Shown here: piece after piece, positions 1 to 9,849 of the stretch | Layout: every line of letters begins with the position of its first letter | Numbering within the stretch: position 1 is the first letter of the stretch | Assembly: GCA_034530615.2 (NCBI GenBank) | Contig: JAVRCV020000060.1 | Span: 1-57,879, forward strand | DNA: 57,879 nucleotides | Origin: Aulosira sp. ZfuVER01 | Lineage (GTDB): Bacteria > Cyanobacteriota > Cyanobacteriia > Cyanobacteriales > Nostocaceae | Direction of reading: 5' to 3' | The notes under the pieces: model-generated | Seen by the model: the letters and a program-made list of their open reading frames with translations, nothing else | Told to the model about the DNA's origin: nothing | The model's database searches: none | Position numbers and translations under genes: made by a program

Positions 1-2
1 AA

Positions 3-107
3 TTTTTGGATGCCGATCATTGCTCAACAACAATCAGCTTAAATCCTGGTTCTGAATATGAGGATGGAGCATGTGAACTGTGGAGACTTGTTCCTGTAAG
101 CAGATAA
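3..107 (+). CDS. 3' end of a CDS entering from the left edge (…FLDADHCSTTISLNPGSEYEDGACELWRLVPVSR*), possibly a beta-trefoil/ricin-like repeat
   Basis: Open frame 3-107 ending in TAA. The LDA…ELWRL pattern loosely resembles ricin-type repeats. Partial. Confidence 0.4.
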   Translation, partial: FLDADHCSTTISLNPGSEYEDGACELWRLVPVSR

Positions 108-641
108 ATTAATTAATGAGGAGGAAATGAATAATACAGAGGCTCATGCTAAGTCTGTACTTTTCTCCTTGCAGTTAGATGGGGTAGCCCTTTAAGGTAT
201 CGAGTTAGTCTAGCGATATTCGATTGAGCATCATCGTTTAGATTGTTTGAATAGATCGATAGTATTGCAGGACAGTACGATTTCTGATTCAGCAGGGTGG
301 GTTAACGCAAGGAAACTCACCCATTTTTTCCTAATCAGCAGGGACATTAGCTACTCCCATCAAGTCTTTGCACTCCTCCTTTGGGGGTGACAGCGAGCTG
401 TAGTTGGGAGGCGATCGATGATGTGAAAGTACTTAGAGTACTCCAAGTAAAAAAATGCCCAATTGTCATTCCGCTTCGCTCGCAATGACAGTTTTTGGAT
501 CATCTATTTTTTGGAATACTCTTAGGAAAGTATTGGTGATATAAGCCCAATGCGCCAAGATATAGGAGATGAGGTTGGGGGCGGTAGATTTTGAGAATAT
601 TTTTTGAAACTGGAGATCAGGTTATTTAGGGGTGATGAGTT

Positions 642-884
642 ATGGTCGATATTCTCTTTGATGTTTCGTAACATTTCAATGAGAATTTGCAGGATGTTCC
701 AAATAACCCTGCTGAAATGAAATACGCCATAAAATTCTTGCTGGATCAACTTGCTGGGGAAGAAATCGAAACAAGGCAGAAAATTCAGCTTCTTGGACTT
801 GTTGGCGGATATGCTTGGATGTTGAAAGAGTTTGTAACAGCGCAACAAACTTTGACTCCAGCGATCGCATTGCTTGAGAATTAG
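642..884 (+). pseudogene. Probable truncated pseudogene of a small helical/TPR-like protein
   Basis: ATG at 642 is in frame with ORF 687-884 but is interrupted by TAA at 669-671 (MVDILFDVS*HFNENLQDVPNNPAEM…). The product is short. Confidence 0.4.
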
Positions 885-1075
885 CCCAAACTAATACACT
901 TCATCATTTTTGGTCAATATCTTGTACCCTTATATCTAAGTGGTGAAGCTGTCATGCTTCAAAATACAATATTTCGCGATCGCCCAAAGGGCACTGCACT
1001 CTGCACAATCAAATCTGCGGAATTCGGGTGACAGAACTAAGACTAGGGGCAAATAACTTTTAAACTTTGAATTTT

Positions 1076-2839
1076 ATGAAAGCAGTTGGTATTGACTTAG
1101 GCACAACAAATTCCGAAGTGGCAATTGTCGAAAACGGACAGGTGCGGGTATTACCAGGAGAAGATGGGGACTTGATATTACCTTCCTGTGTGGGGTTTAG
1201 CGATACAGGTAAACTGCTGGTGGGACGAGAAGCACTCCGTCAGTACGCTGCGGCTCCTGAACGTACTGTGAAGTCAATTAAGCGCTGGATGGGAACTGAC
1301 CACAAAACTACTTTAGGCGATAAAGAATACCTACCTCATGAAGTTTCCGCTATTATTCTCCGCGCCTTGAAACAACGGGCTGAGAATGCTTTGGGAGAAA
1401 CAATTACCCAAGCAGTAATTACAGTTCCAGCTTACTTTACAGATGCTCAACGGCAAGCAACTAAAACGGCGGGTGAGATAGCTGGGTTGGAAGTACTGCA
1501 AATTATCAACGAACCAACGGCGGCGGCTTTAGCTTATGATTTGCGTTCCCAAGAGACAGAACGAGTTGTGGTTTATGATTTGGGTGGTGGTACTTTTGAC
1601 GTGTCGGTTGTGGAAATTACAGGCGAAGTCACAGAAGTATTAGCCAGTCATGGTAATAATCGCTTGGGTGGAGACGATTTTGACAGGCTTTTGCAACTCC
1701 ATCTCGCGGATTTATTTCGGAAACAGCATGGTGTGGATGTGCCAGATGATGCCGCCACCCAAGCGCGTCTCCTGCGTGCAGCCGAGCAGGTAAAAATTGA
1801 TTTGAGTTCCCATGCTTTTGCCACAGTCCGGGAAGCCTTTTTGGGTAGTAAGGGCAAAACTGCACTACATCTAGAAATGGAAGTAGCGCGAGCAGATTTT
1901 GAAAAATTGATTCGCCCTCTATTAGAAGAAACCCTAGAAGCTATTGACCGCGCCCTCACAGATGCCAACCTGGAACCCGAAGAAATTGACCGGATTATCC
2001 TAGTTGGTGGCTCTACCCGCATTCCCCTAGTACAGCAAATGATAGAGGAGCATTTGGGACAAGCTCCCACCGATGGTATTCAACCAGACCTTTGTGTGGC
2101 GTTAGGCGCTGCTTTGCAAGCTGGGGTGCTAGTAGGTGAATCTGTAGAAGCCATTCTTGTAGATGTAATTCCCCATTCTTTAGGGATTGCTGCGGCTGTA
2201 CCGACACCAATGGGTGTGATGCCAGGTTACTTTAGTGTGATTATTCCCCGCAACAGCGTAGTTCCCGTTTCTCGCTCTCATGTTTATGCCACCTTGTTTG
2301 ACGAGCAAGAAGCAGTGGAAATCGAAGTTTTTCAAGGTGAAAATGCGATCGCAGAAGAAAATGTACCTCTAGGTTCCTTTAAAGTCGAGAACTTACCACC
2401 CAAACCCGCCGGAGATATTAAAATCGAGGTTCACTTTGACTTTGATTTGAATGGTATTCTCACCGTCACCACCACAGAGAAAGGCAAAGGCCAGCAAGGA
2501 ACGCTAGTAGTAAATAATGCAGGTATCCAGAAACTGTCTAGCCATGAATTGAAGCAAGCCAGAGCAGATTTAGATGCATTATTTGAATTTGAAAGTGATG
2601 AAACAATTGAAATTACCACTGAAACTACAATCGATGCAGTAGAAATCGCTCCAGAGTTAGCAGCACTTTTAGACAGCGCTCAACAACTACTAGAAACTAT
2701 AGACGCAGAACAAGCAGAGGAATTACAAGACTTATTAGACCAGATCGAAAATGCGATCGCTAACCAAAGCGCAGAATTACCCCAGTTACAAGAGGAACTA
2801 GAAGATTTTCTCTACTACGCCAGCACAAATGAGGAATAG
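1076..2839 (+). CDS. Hsp70/DnaK-family chaperone (non-canonical paralogue, short acidic C-terminus)
   Basis: Hsp70 motifs GIDLGTTNS, TVPAYF, INEPTAAA, DLGGGTFD and LVGGSTRIP. The DVIPHSLG linker and substrate-binding beta domain are present. Likely start is ATG 1076. Confidence 0.93.
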   Translation: MKAVGIDLGTTNSEVAIVENGQVRVLPGEDGDLILPSCVGFSDTGKLLVGREALRQYAAAPERTVKSIKRWMGTDHKTTLGDKEYLPHEVSAIILRALKQRAENALGETITQAVITVPAYFTDAQRQATKTAGEIAGLEVLQIINEPTAAALAYDLRSQETERVVVYDLGGGTFDVSVVEITGEVTEVLASHGNNRLGGDDFDRLLQLHLADLFRKQHGVDVPDDAATQARLLRAAEQVKIDLSSHAFATVREAFLGSKGKTALHLEMEVARADFEKLIRPLLEETLEAIDRALTDANLEPEEIDRIILVGGSTRIPLVQQMIEEHLGQAPTDGIQPDLCVALGAALQAGVLVGESVEAILVDVIPHSLGIAAAVPTPMGVMPGYFSVIIPRNSVVPVSRSHVYATLFDEQEAVEIEVFQGENAIAEENVPLGSFKVENLPPKPAGDIKIEVHFDFDLNGILTVTTTEKGKGQQGTLVVNNAGIQKLSSHELKQARADLDALFEFESDETIEITTETTIDAVEIAPELAALLDSAQQLLETIDAEQAEELQDLLDQIENAIANQSAELPQLQEELEDFLYYASTNEE

Positions 2840-2876
2840 GGAATGGGGCATTGGGCATGGGGCATTGGGCATGGCA
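2838..2876. repeat. Heptamer STRR-like tandem repeat (GGGCATT/GGGCATG)
   Basis: agggaatggggcattgggcatggggcattgggcatgg. The reverse-complement arrays occur at ~53768-53797 and ~55437-55466. Confidence 0.8.
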
Positions 2877-2902
2877 ATTATTAAACACTTACTTAAACAA
2901 CT

Positions 2903-3382
2903 ATGAAATGTCCTGTTTGTGGAGCAGTTTATCGTCCGGCAAAAGAGAGTAGAGGTACAGGGGGAGAAGACACGGGGACATGGGGACGCGGGGACGCGGA
3001 GAGTTCTTTCCCCACGTCCTCGCGTCTCAACCTCTCCGCGTCTTCCTCATCTTCCCCATCCCTCACTTGCAGACGTTGCAAAGCAGACTTATCTGATTTA
3101 ATCCGCCTTCACGACCAAGCTATCTGGTATCACAGACAAGCACTGCATCTATTGTCGCAGGGGCGCTATCCAGAAGCAGCAGCGCACAACAACGAAGCTA
3201 TTGCTTTGCATTACAGCAATGCAGACTTCCATGCCTTAGCTGGTAAATTATCGGCATTGCAAGGAGAATTTCGAGATGCGATCGCATCTTGGCAACAAGC
3301 ACTCAAGTTTGACCCACAAAATGCGATCGCTGGTAATTGTCTACAAATGATCGAGGTAATGACAAATAATCATCACGCTTAA
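2903..3382 (+). CDS. Zinc-ribbon (CxxC…CxxC) + TPR protein
   Basis: N-terminal CPVC and CRRC, followed by TPR-like helices (…AIASWQQALKFDPQN). Directly downstream of the Hsp70 gene. Confidence 0.85.
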   Translation: MKCPVCGAVYRPAKESRGTGGEDTGTWGRGDAESSFPTSSRLNLSASSSSSPSLTCRRCKADLSDLIRLHDQAIWYHRQALHLLSQGRYPEAAAHNNEAIALHYSNADFHALAGKLSALQGEFRDAIASWQQALKFDPQNAIAGNCLQMIEVMTNNHHA

Positions 3383-3702
3383 CCCAAATTGATTGGGGAA
3401 TATTTTCAAAATTGAATCACAGTAAAAGCAGCAAATACTCTTTGCTGCTGTTTTCTTGCTGATAAAAAAATCAAAGTGTAACAGGACTTATAGCAATTCA
3501 AATAATGTTTGCGAAACATAAATTATTTGTCAGGAATATTGTTCCCTATCCATCTATCGCATTCTTTTTTCAAATTTGCATTTGTCATTAATGTTTCAAT
3601 ACTCACCGAAATTACACTTATGTGGCAAAATTATTTGAGTAACAATACCTGTTTAACTAATGTTACTTCCGTAGTTGTGCAAATACCTATATTAGTTTGA
3701 CA

Positions 3703-5964
3703 ATGACTAAGAAAATAGCATTGCTAATTGGCGTAAGTGAGTATGAAACTGGGTTACATCTTCTTCCTGCTGCTGTCAAAGATGTAAAAGCTATGCAACG
3801 AGTGTTGCAAAATCCCAAAATTGGTGGTTTTGATGAGGTAAAAATCCTTACCAACCCTGATACTCACACCATGCATCTGGAAATAGAAACCTTCTTCTCT
3901 GGTCGTAATAAAGAAGATATACTACTTTTGTACTTTTCTGGACATGGAATTAAAGATGATAACGGTAGATTTTATCTTGCTACCAGAATTACCCAAAAAA
4001 ATTTAAACAATCAACTAATTAAATCAACTGCTGTTGCTGCAAATTTTGTTCATGACCAGATGAATAATAGTCGTTCTAAACGACAAATAATTATTCTTGA
4101 TTGTTGCTTTAGTGGAGCATTTGATCCTTCATTAATAGCAAAGGATGATGGTTCTGTAGATTTGCAGGGTCAACTAGGTGCAGAAGGGCGAGTTGTGCTT
4201 GCATCTTCTAGCTCGATGCAATATTCTTTTGAAGAACAAGGCGCGGATATTTCTGTCTACACAAATTACTTAGTAGAGGGATTAGAAACTGGAGCAGGAG
4301 ATTTAGATCAAGATGGTAAGATTGCGGCACGCGAGTTACATAAATATGCTTGCGCTCGGCTTGAGGAAAAATCTTTCAGCATGAAACCTAAAATTATTGT
4401 CTTGAAAGATGAAGGCTTTGATATTGTTATTGCTCAAACACATAGTATGACAAACAAACAAAAGCTTGAAGTTATTCAAAATAATAATATGGGAGAAGTT
4501 AGATTAGGGAAAGCAAAACCATCAGGAGATATATATAATCTGGAAGCTCCAACATTTCAGCTACGCAACTTTCTAGAACCTTACGAAGAATTTATTGGCA
4601 ATTTAATTCAACAACTTACTAGTTTAGCTAATGATGATTTAAATATAAAATCAGAAACTAATCATGAAATTTTAAATATAATCAGACAGACTTCTGAGGC
4701 TGATTTCGTATTTATTTTAGGAATCGATCGTCAAGACAATTGGTATGTTAAATCACATAGTAATCTTTCCCAAAGTATAGATAATAACTTTTATTTTAAT
4801 ACTTTAAATTCACATATTTTGCCTACAGTTTCCCGAGTAGCAATTTTTAATCCTGCTTATCATGGTATTTATAGATTACATGAAGATAAAAATGGTATTC
4901 ACAGAGCTTTTGTACTTATCCCTTTAAAAGGTCTACCACAAGCTGAGGTGATAGTGGTTTGTGGTATACCTCAAGATTCTCATCTTTTAGGAGATGTATA
5001 TGGGCGAGTTTTAGCAAGTTTTTATCATGCCTGTCATAAATTATCAGCTAACCCAGCACTAGTAGAAGCTGCTATTATTGATGATTTAAAGAAAGATTTT
5101 GGATTTGTTGCAGCACATTTGTATGAACGGAGATTTCAATTATTTTGCGAACGTCTGCAAAAAATGATTGTGTATTTTGAACCAGTTCTGCATTTGGATG
5201 CTGACGAATTATTTATCAGCAGTTGGGAAGCTTTAGCCAGAGATCCTGAAACATTAACTGCTCCTGTAGATTTATTTCAAGCGGCGGAGATGTGGGGCCC
5301 TAGATTTACGATTGAACTTGACCAATATTTTCTCAGAACTGCTACTGCAAGTTATCAAGAAGCTAGAAAAAGATCGAAACAAAATAGATCTGAAGAGATA
5401 GCGCCACTCTCAGTTAATGTTTACCCAGAGTCTTTGATCAGAACTGCTTATTTTGAAACCGTTCGCCAGGTTATCAAAGATAAAGCGATTACATCAAGAA
5501 ATCTCATATTGGAAATCTCTGAGAAAACCGAATTACCACAGTTTAATGATGGTAGCCGCTTACAAGCTCCTTTAACATTTTTCAAGAGTAAACTGCTGGA
5601 ATATGTTAGGCAATTACAAATTAGATTTGCTATTGATGACTTTGGTGTTGGCTACGCTTCGGTTTCTCGGTTGGCAGGCTTGAACCCATCTCATGTAAAA
5701 ATCGATCGCAATATTTTATATCATCAACCTTGTGATATTATTATCCGTTTTGTGCATGAATTAGTTGGAGCAAATAATCTCAATCCATCTAATGTAATTG
5801 TCGAAGGTATAGATGAAACTACACCAATTAGCTTACATCGTCTAAAAGAAATTGGTGTGAATTATATTCAAGGGCATATTGTCGGTAAACCCAGTCCGGA
5901 GATTTATCGATTAAGTAAGGAGAAATATGATGATTTAAGAAAACTTATTTTAGAAAAACCCTAG
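3703..5964 (+). CDS. Caspase-like (peptidase C14) protease fused to an EAL c-di-GMP phosphodiesterase domain
   Basis: N-terminus: ALLIGVSEY, YFSGHG and ILDCCFSG (His/Cys dyad). C-terminus: WEALAR, SVN, LEISE, IDDFGVGYAS, VKIDR, VEG and YIQG. Confidence 0.9.
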   Translation: MTKKIALLIGVSEYETGLHLLPAAVKDVKAMQRVLQNPKIGGFDEVKILTNPDTHTMHLEIETFFSGRNKEDILLLYFSGHGIKDDNGRFYLATRITQKNLNNQLIKSTAVAANFVHDQMNNSRSKRQIIILDCCFSGAFDPSLIAKDDGSVDLQGQLGAEGRVVLASSSSMQYSFEEQGADISVYTNYLVEGLETGAGDLDQDGKIAARELHKYACARLEEKSFSMKPKIIVLKDEGFDIVIAQTHSMTNKQKLEVIQNNNMGEVRLGKAKPSGDIYNLEAPTFQLRNFLEPYEEFIGNLIQQLTSLANDDLNIKSETNHEILNIIRQTSEADFVFILGIDRQDNWYVKSHSNLSQSIDNNFYFNTLNSHILPTVSRVAIFNPAYHGIYRLHEDKNGIHRAFVLIPLKGLPQAEVIVVCGIPQDSHLLGDVYGRVLASFYHACHKLSANPALVEAAIIDDLKKDFGFVAAHLYERRFQLFCERLQKMIVYFEPVLHLDADELFISSWEALARDPETLTAPVDLFQAAEMWGPRFTIELDQYFLRTATASYQEARKRSKQNRSEEIAPLSVNVYPESLIRTAYFETVRQVIKDKAITSRNLILEISEKTELPQFNDGSRLQAPLTFFKSKLLEYVRQLQIRFAIDDFGVGYASVSRLAGLNPSHVKIDRNILYHQPCDIIIRFVHELVGANNLNPSNVIVEGIDETTPISLHRLKEIGVNYIQGHIVGKPSPEIYRLSKEKYDDLRKLILEKP

Positions 5965-5987
5965 ATAGAGGTTATTAATTAAACAAA

Positions 5988-6023
5988 ATACCCCGATAAC
6001 TTTAACCAGTCTCAATCGGGGTA
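5988..6023. terminator. Hairpin between convergent genes, likely a bidirectional terminator
   Basis: ATACCCCGAT…ATCGGGGTAT inverted repeat between two convergent stop codons. Confidence 0.55.
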
Positions 6024-6057
6024 TGAGTACAATATATTGCAAATTACTTTATTTTGC

Positions 6058-6537
6058 TTAAAAATTTTGCGGTGGCAATGGTTTTCCTTGGCTATTAGGA
6101 ACGTTGACGACTTTTAGAGTTTTAGTGATAGCAAGAACATCATTTTCTAAACGCCTAGCTCTAGCATTACCAGGACAACTAATATCTGATGATTGCTGAC
6201 CACCTAAAGTTACAGTAGTAGTCGTACCAAAAGAAGTAGATTTGACACAATTTGGCTTGACTGGCAAATTTGACAATGGTTCAGCAGCTTTTAAATCCCG
6301 GAAGAATCTTTTCGTGAAATTTTCTGGCAGTTTACCTTGACCAGATCCTTTTCCATATACATAATTGACTTCTCCTGATGGCGAGACATAAATACGATAA
6401 CCGATAGTATTGGTGGAACCACTATTGAGGATAACTGCTACATTATTGGGAACAAGTGCCATTGTTGATTGCGAAGAACAAACTAAAAATGTTACACCTG
6501 CTAGCCCTAGCAGACTTTTAGAAATAAGCTGATTCAT
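6058..6537 (-). CDS. Hypothetical exported protein
   Basis: N-terminal signal-peptide-like segment, GGAG upstream of the ATG, and two Cys in the mature part. Confidence 0.8.
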   Translation of the reverse strand: MNQLISKSLLGLAGVTFLVCSSQSTMALVPNNVAVILNSGSTNTIGYRIYVSPSGEVNYVYGKGSGQGKLPENFTKRFFRDLKAAEPLSNLPVKPNCVKSTSFGTTTTVTLGGQQSSDISCPGNARARRLENDVLAITKTLKVVNVPNSQGKPLPPQNF

Positions 6538-6621
6538 ATTAGTAAACTCCCCATTTTAAAAAGTGCTATGAATGTGTGGATATAGTAGTCTATTGCATTA
6601 ATGATCGCGAGTTAGCAGTAA

Positions 6622-6723
6622 TATCATTTCACTTTAAGAATGATACAAATATGTGGTAGAGGATTTAGCATTGCTAAATACCTACGAAAAATCTATCTGT
6701 ATCAAATTTTTCGTGAATTGGTA
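6622..6723. mobile_element. MITE of the TACCAATT…AATTGGTA family carrying a REP-like palindrome (degenerate)
   Basis: Imperfect terminal inverted repeats (TIRs) tatcatttcac/gtgaattggta. Flanks are TAA/TGA. Internal palindrome gtagaggatttagcattgctaaatacctac. Confidence 0.55.
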
Positions 6724-6873
6724 TGAAGTCCTGACTACGAACTGATAATCGCTAGACTTATGATTCAGAAGAATAACTGAGATATATGTCGAAACTATGT
6801 AGGAAGTATGGCAGACATAATACAGGTGTTATTAAGCGTCTCTATAACCCTAGACTGTGCTTTTAAACTCGTC

Positions 6874-8277
6874 CTAATCTCCAATTCCTAGCCCACCTAA
6901 CTCTTGGCGTAAACGGTAGACAATTGTATTTGGTTCCACTTGAGAGAGGATTTCTTGAATGACGGTGTTAGCACCTAATTGACCCCAAGTACAGCCTTTT
7001 TCGAGATAAACTTGTGCTGCTTTACCTACAGCATAGGCTCCATAACCGGCGATTCCTGCTTGAGCGATCGCACTCCCTGCCGAGGCGGTAATATTGATGG
7101 GATTATCGCCACTAGTTAGCGCCGCAGTACTTTTACCTAAACCTAATAGGAAACTACTTCCTAATTCAGTGAGCAATAAGCCACCGGAACTCAATAAAAT
7201 TGTTTTTAAAATTTTCCCAGCTTCGTAGTTGGTGATGGGTAAACCATACAACCGCGCCAGAGAACGAATTAATAATAAATCGGCAATCGTTCCGCCTAAA
7301 ATATCTAAGACAGCAATGGGATTTAAGCCTACTACCAAAGCTTTATACTTAGTAAATTGCCAAATGATATCTTCGGCTTCTTGTTCGCGTAAGTCAAGAG
7401 TTTTTTGCGCGATCGCGGCTTCTGCTTCTCGTGCTTGGATGAGTGCATTTAAAGCTAACAGCGATCGCCCCTCACGGTTGAGAATATTTAGTATTGTCTG
7501 TTGTAGCTCCTCTATTTGGGTGGGGGGAGTCTCCCATTCATAGCTCACTCGACCATCAGGCCATTCAACCCGCACTTCCATCGGTGCTGGTTCCGCCGCT
7601 ACCATGACAATTTCATCAGGTAGTAAAGGCTGGGCTTGGGGATGTCCTGCTCCTAATTGTTGTAAATTTTGGTAGATGGCGGCTCGGTCTGTATCTGGGT
7701 AAAGGTCTATTTTGTTAAATACCAAAATTAGCGGTTTTTGTGACTGCCGCAAATCTAGTAATGCTTGATACTCTGTCCGGGTAATATCACCAGACACGAC
7801 AAATAAAATTAAATCGGCTTGGCGCGCTACGTCTCGCGCCATTTGTGCCCGTGATTCACCCTCAATTTCATCTAATCCAGGTGTATCAATTAATTCTATC
7901 TGTACCTTACCTCCTGGTTGCCAGCGCACAGAACGAGGCCATTGCGTGACACCATTTAAAGGGCCAGTTTGGAGAATTTTATCCCCCAGTAAAGCATTTA
8001 ACACCGCAGACTTGCCGCGACTTACTAACCCAAACGCAGCAATTCTAATCACATTCGAGTCCAGCTTGTTGAGTGTGGTACTCAAAGCATCCAACTCCGG
8101 CTTGACCAAACCCGCCAATTCGGGGTTGGATGACAGCTGTCCTGACTTGCGAAGATATCCATACCAAGACAACGCTTGACGGAGACTAGCACGCGCACGG
8201 TTTAAATGAGTTTCTTGCAGATTTCGCACTTGGTTGGCTTCAGTCAAGGTAAGTTTGATGAGTTGAAAAGGTGACAA
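6874..8277 (-). CDS. Era-like GTP-binding protein with C-terminal DUF697/YcjF domain
   Basis: G1 GLVSRGKS, G3 DTPG and G4 NKID motifs, plus a hydrophobic C-terminal part. The true start is probably 8247 or 8229. Confidence 0.88.
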   Translation of the reverse strand: MSPFQLIKLTLTEANQVRNLQETHLNRARASLRQALSWYGYLRKSGQLSSNPELAGLVKPELDALSTTLNKLDSNVIRIAAFGLVSRGKSAVLNALLGDKILQTGPLNGVTQWPRSVRWQPGGKVQIELIDTPGLDEIEGESRAQMARDVARQADLILFVVSGDITRTEYQALLDLRQSQKPLILVFNKIDLYPDTDRAAIYQNLQQLGAGHPQAQPLLPDEIVMVAAEPAPMEVRVEWPDGRVSYEWETPPTQIEELQQTILNILNREGRSLLALNALIQAREAEAAIAQKTLDLREQEAEDIIWQFTKYKALVVGLNPIAVLDILGGTIADLLLIRSLARLYGLPITNYEAGKILKTILLSSGGLLLTELGSSFLLGLGKSTAALTSGDNPINITASAGSAIAQAGIAGYGAYAVGKAAQVYLEKGCTWGQLGANTVIQEILSQVEPNTIVYRLRQELGGLGIGD

Positions 8278-8437
8278 AAGAAAGCTGAGACTGAAACTAG
8301 AACAAAAACATATTATGGAGTATCAGCAATCGAAACTATTAAACCATTCTATCTCGACTAAATGTAAGGGTGATTTGTGGCAACCTAGAGGATTGTTTGA
8401 CAATCTCACCCTTTCAGGGATAGCGCCGATCTGAAAG

Positions 8438-9022
8438 CTAATGGTAAAAGTGTAGGCGACCGTAACCTAAAAACTGGCCGATACTATTTTCTCCTGCTGG
8501 ATAAGCAGTAACGCCAAATAGATACACTCCTCCAAACCTAGGATTTCCCTTGCTGACTATTTCGACCGTTACCGTGCTACCAGGGACAACAGGCGGATCG
8601 AATACTATCGTTTGCTGGTTAGATTGGGATACTTCATTCCCGCCAACACTACTCAAATGTAAAGCTGAACCACCAGCGAAACTGTTACCCTTAAAAGCAC
8701 GATGTTGACTCACCTCAAATGCGATTGTTTCTACATTTGGACGCTGTACTATTGAAACGGCTTGTAGAGGTTCCCCAGCATCTTGAGGAATAGTAATGGT
8801 AAATTGATAGGCTCCACGTAAATTAGAACTACTAGAGCTAGTAGCAGATCGAATTAATCGGGGAGGATTGTTAAAAGCAATCTGCCCATTACTTAACTGG
8901 ATGGCTAAAGCAGGCGAGACTAGCAGCAAACCAGGTAGCAAAAAACTTAAAGCCAAGCTACTAGTACTTAAAAGCCAGGTATTGAGGAATGATGATTTGA
9001 AATTGAGAGTTTTGTCTAACAT
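8438..9022 (-). CDS. DUF2808-type exported cyanobacterial protein
   Basis: Signal peptide. Motifs FDPPVVPG, NPRFGGVYLFGVTAYPAGE and FLGYGRL are typical of this family. Confidence 0.8.
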   Translation of the reverse strand: MLDKTLNFKSSFLNTWLLSTSSLALSFLLPGLLLVSPALAIQLSNGQIAFNNPPRLIRSATSSSSSNLRGAYQFTITIPQDAGEPLQAVSIVQRPNVETIAFEVSQHRAFKGNSFAGGSALHLSSVGGNEVSQSNQQTIVFDPPVVPGSTVTVEIVSKGNPRFGGVYLFGVTAYPAGENSIGQFLGYGRLHFYH

Positions 9023-9849
9023 TTTTGACTCCCAAACTAATTTTTATAAAAGTGGTATTTTCAAATCAAAAGGTAAATTATGTGAGCGCTTAAATGTTGC
9101 ACATTTTATGTTTGATTATTGACACAAATTCTATTTGAGACGATGTATAAAAATCCGATTTTTTAATTCAGATAAATTACTTTCGTGGTGCGCGAAGCGT
9201 GATAGGTAGGTAAGAGGGAAAAGGCAACAGGCAAGAGGATTATAGAAAATTAATTTGTACCGAGTTTTTTCAAAAATCAAATAAGAGTCCTATATTACCC
9301 AGTCGAATAACTTGAATTAAAAAATCTCAGATCCCCGATCTGAATGCAGAAATTTGTTCTAATGACAAAACTTTTATCAAGGTGACGCTCCTTCTCCCAA
9401 GGGGAGACACTTCGCGTAGCTTGCTTCTCCGTAGGAGTACGTCGCTAGTGCTTCGCTAACGCTATACTAACGGCAGTTGCTTTCTACTTAATTAATGAAT
9501 CTTCACTCAGCACTTAGCATTCTTGCAAGCTAGAATGCAGTTAGTAAAAGCATTTTCAGCCTACAAGGTATTTTAGGTTTATTTAAGTCTATCTACGGAC
9601 TTTAACGGTTTTTCAATTTCTATTATGCAATCATTTTGATCCCAGATTCACTGGTGCAACCTATTGTAATACTTACTATTCACCCATTGTTTTGAAGTAG
9701 TATTGGTTAGACAAAGTTGCAGAAGGCATGGTCACGATGCGTAGACAGCCCGTGGCGCAAGTATTTGGAACCATGCCAATCTTCTATTACTCAGGTTACG
9801 TGCTACGACAGATGCGATCGCTAACGAAATCCTCGTTTACAAATACTTA

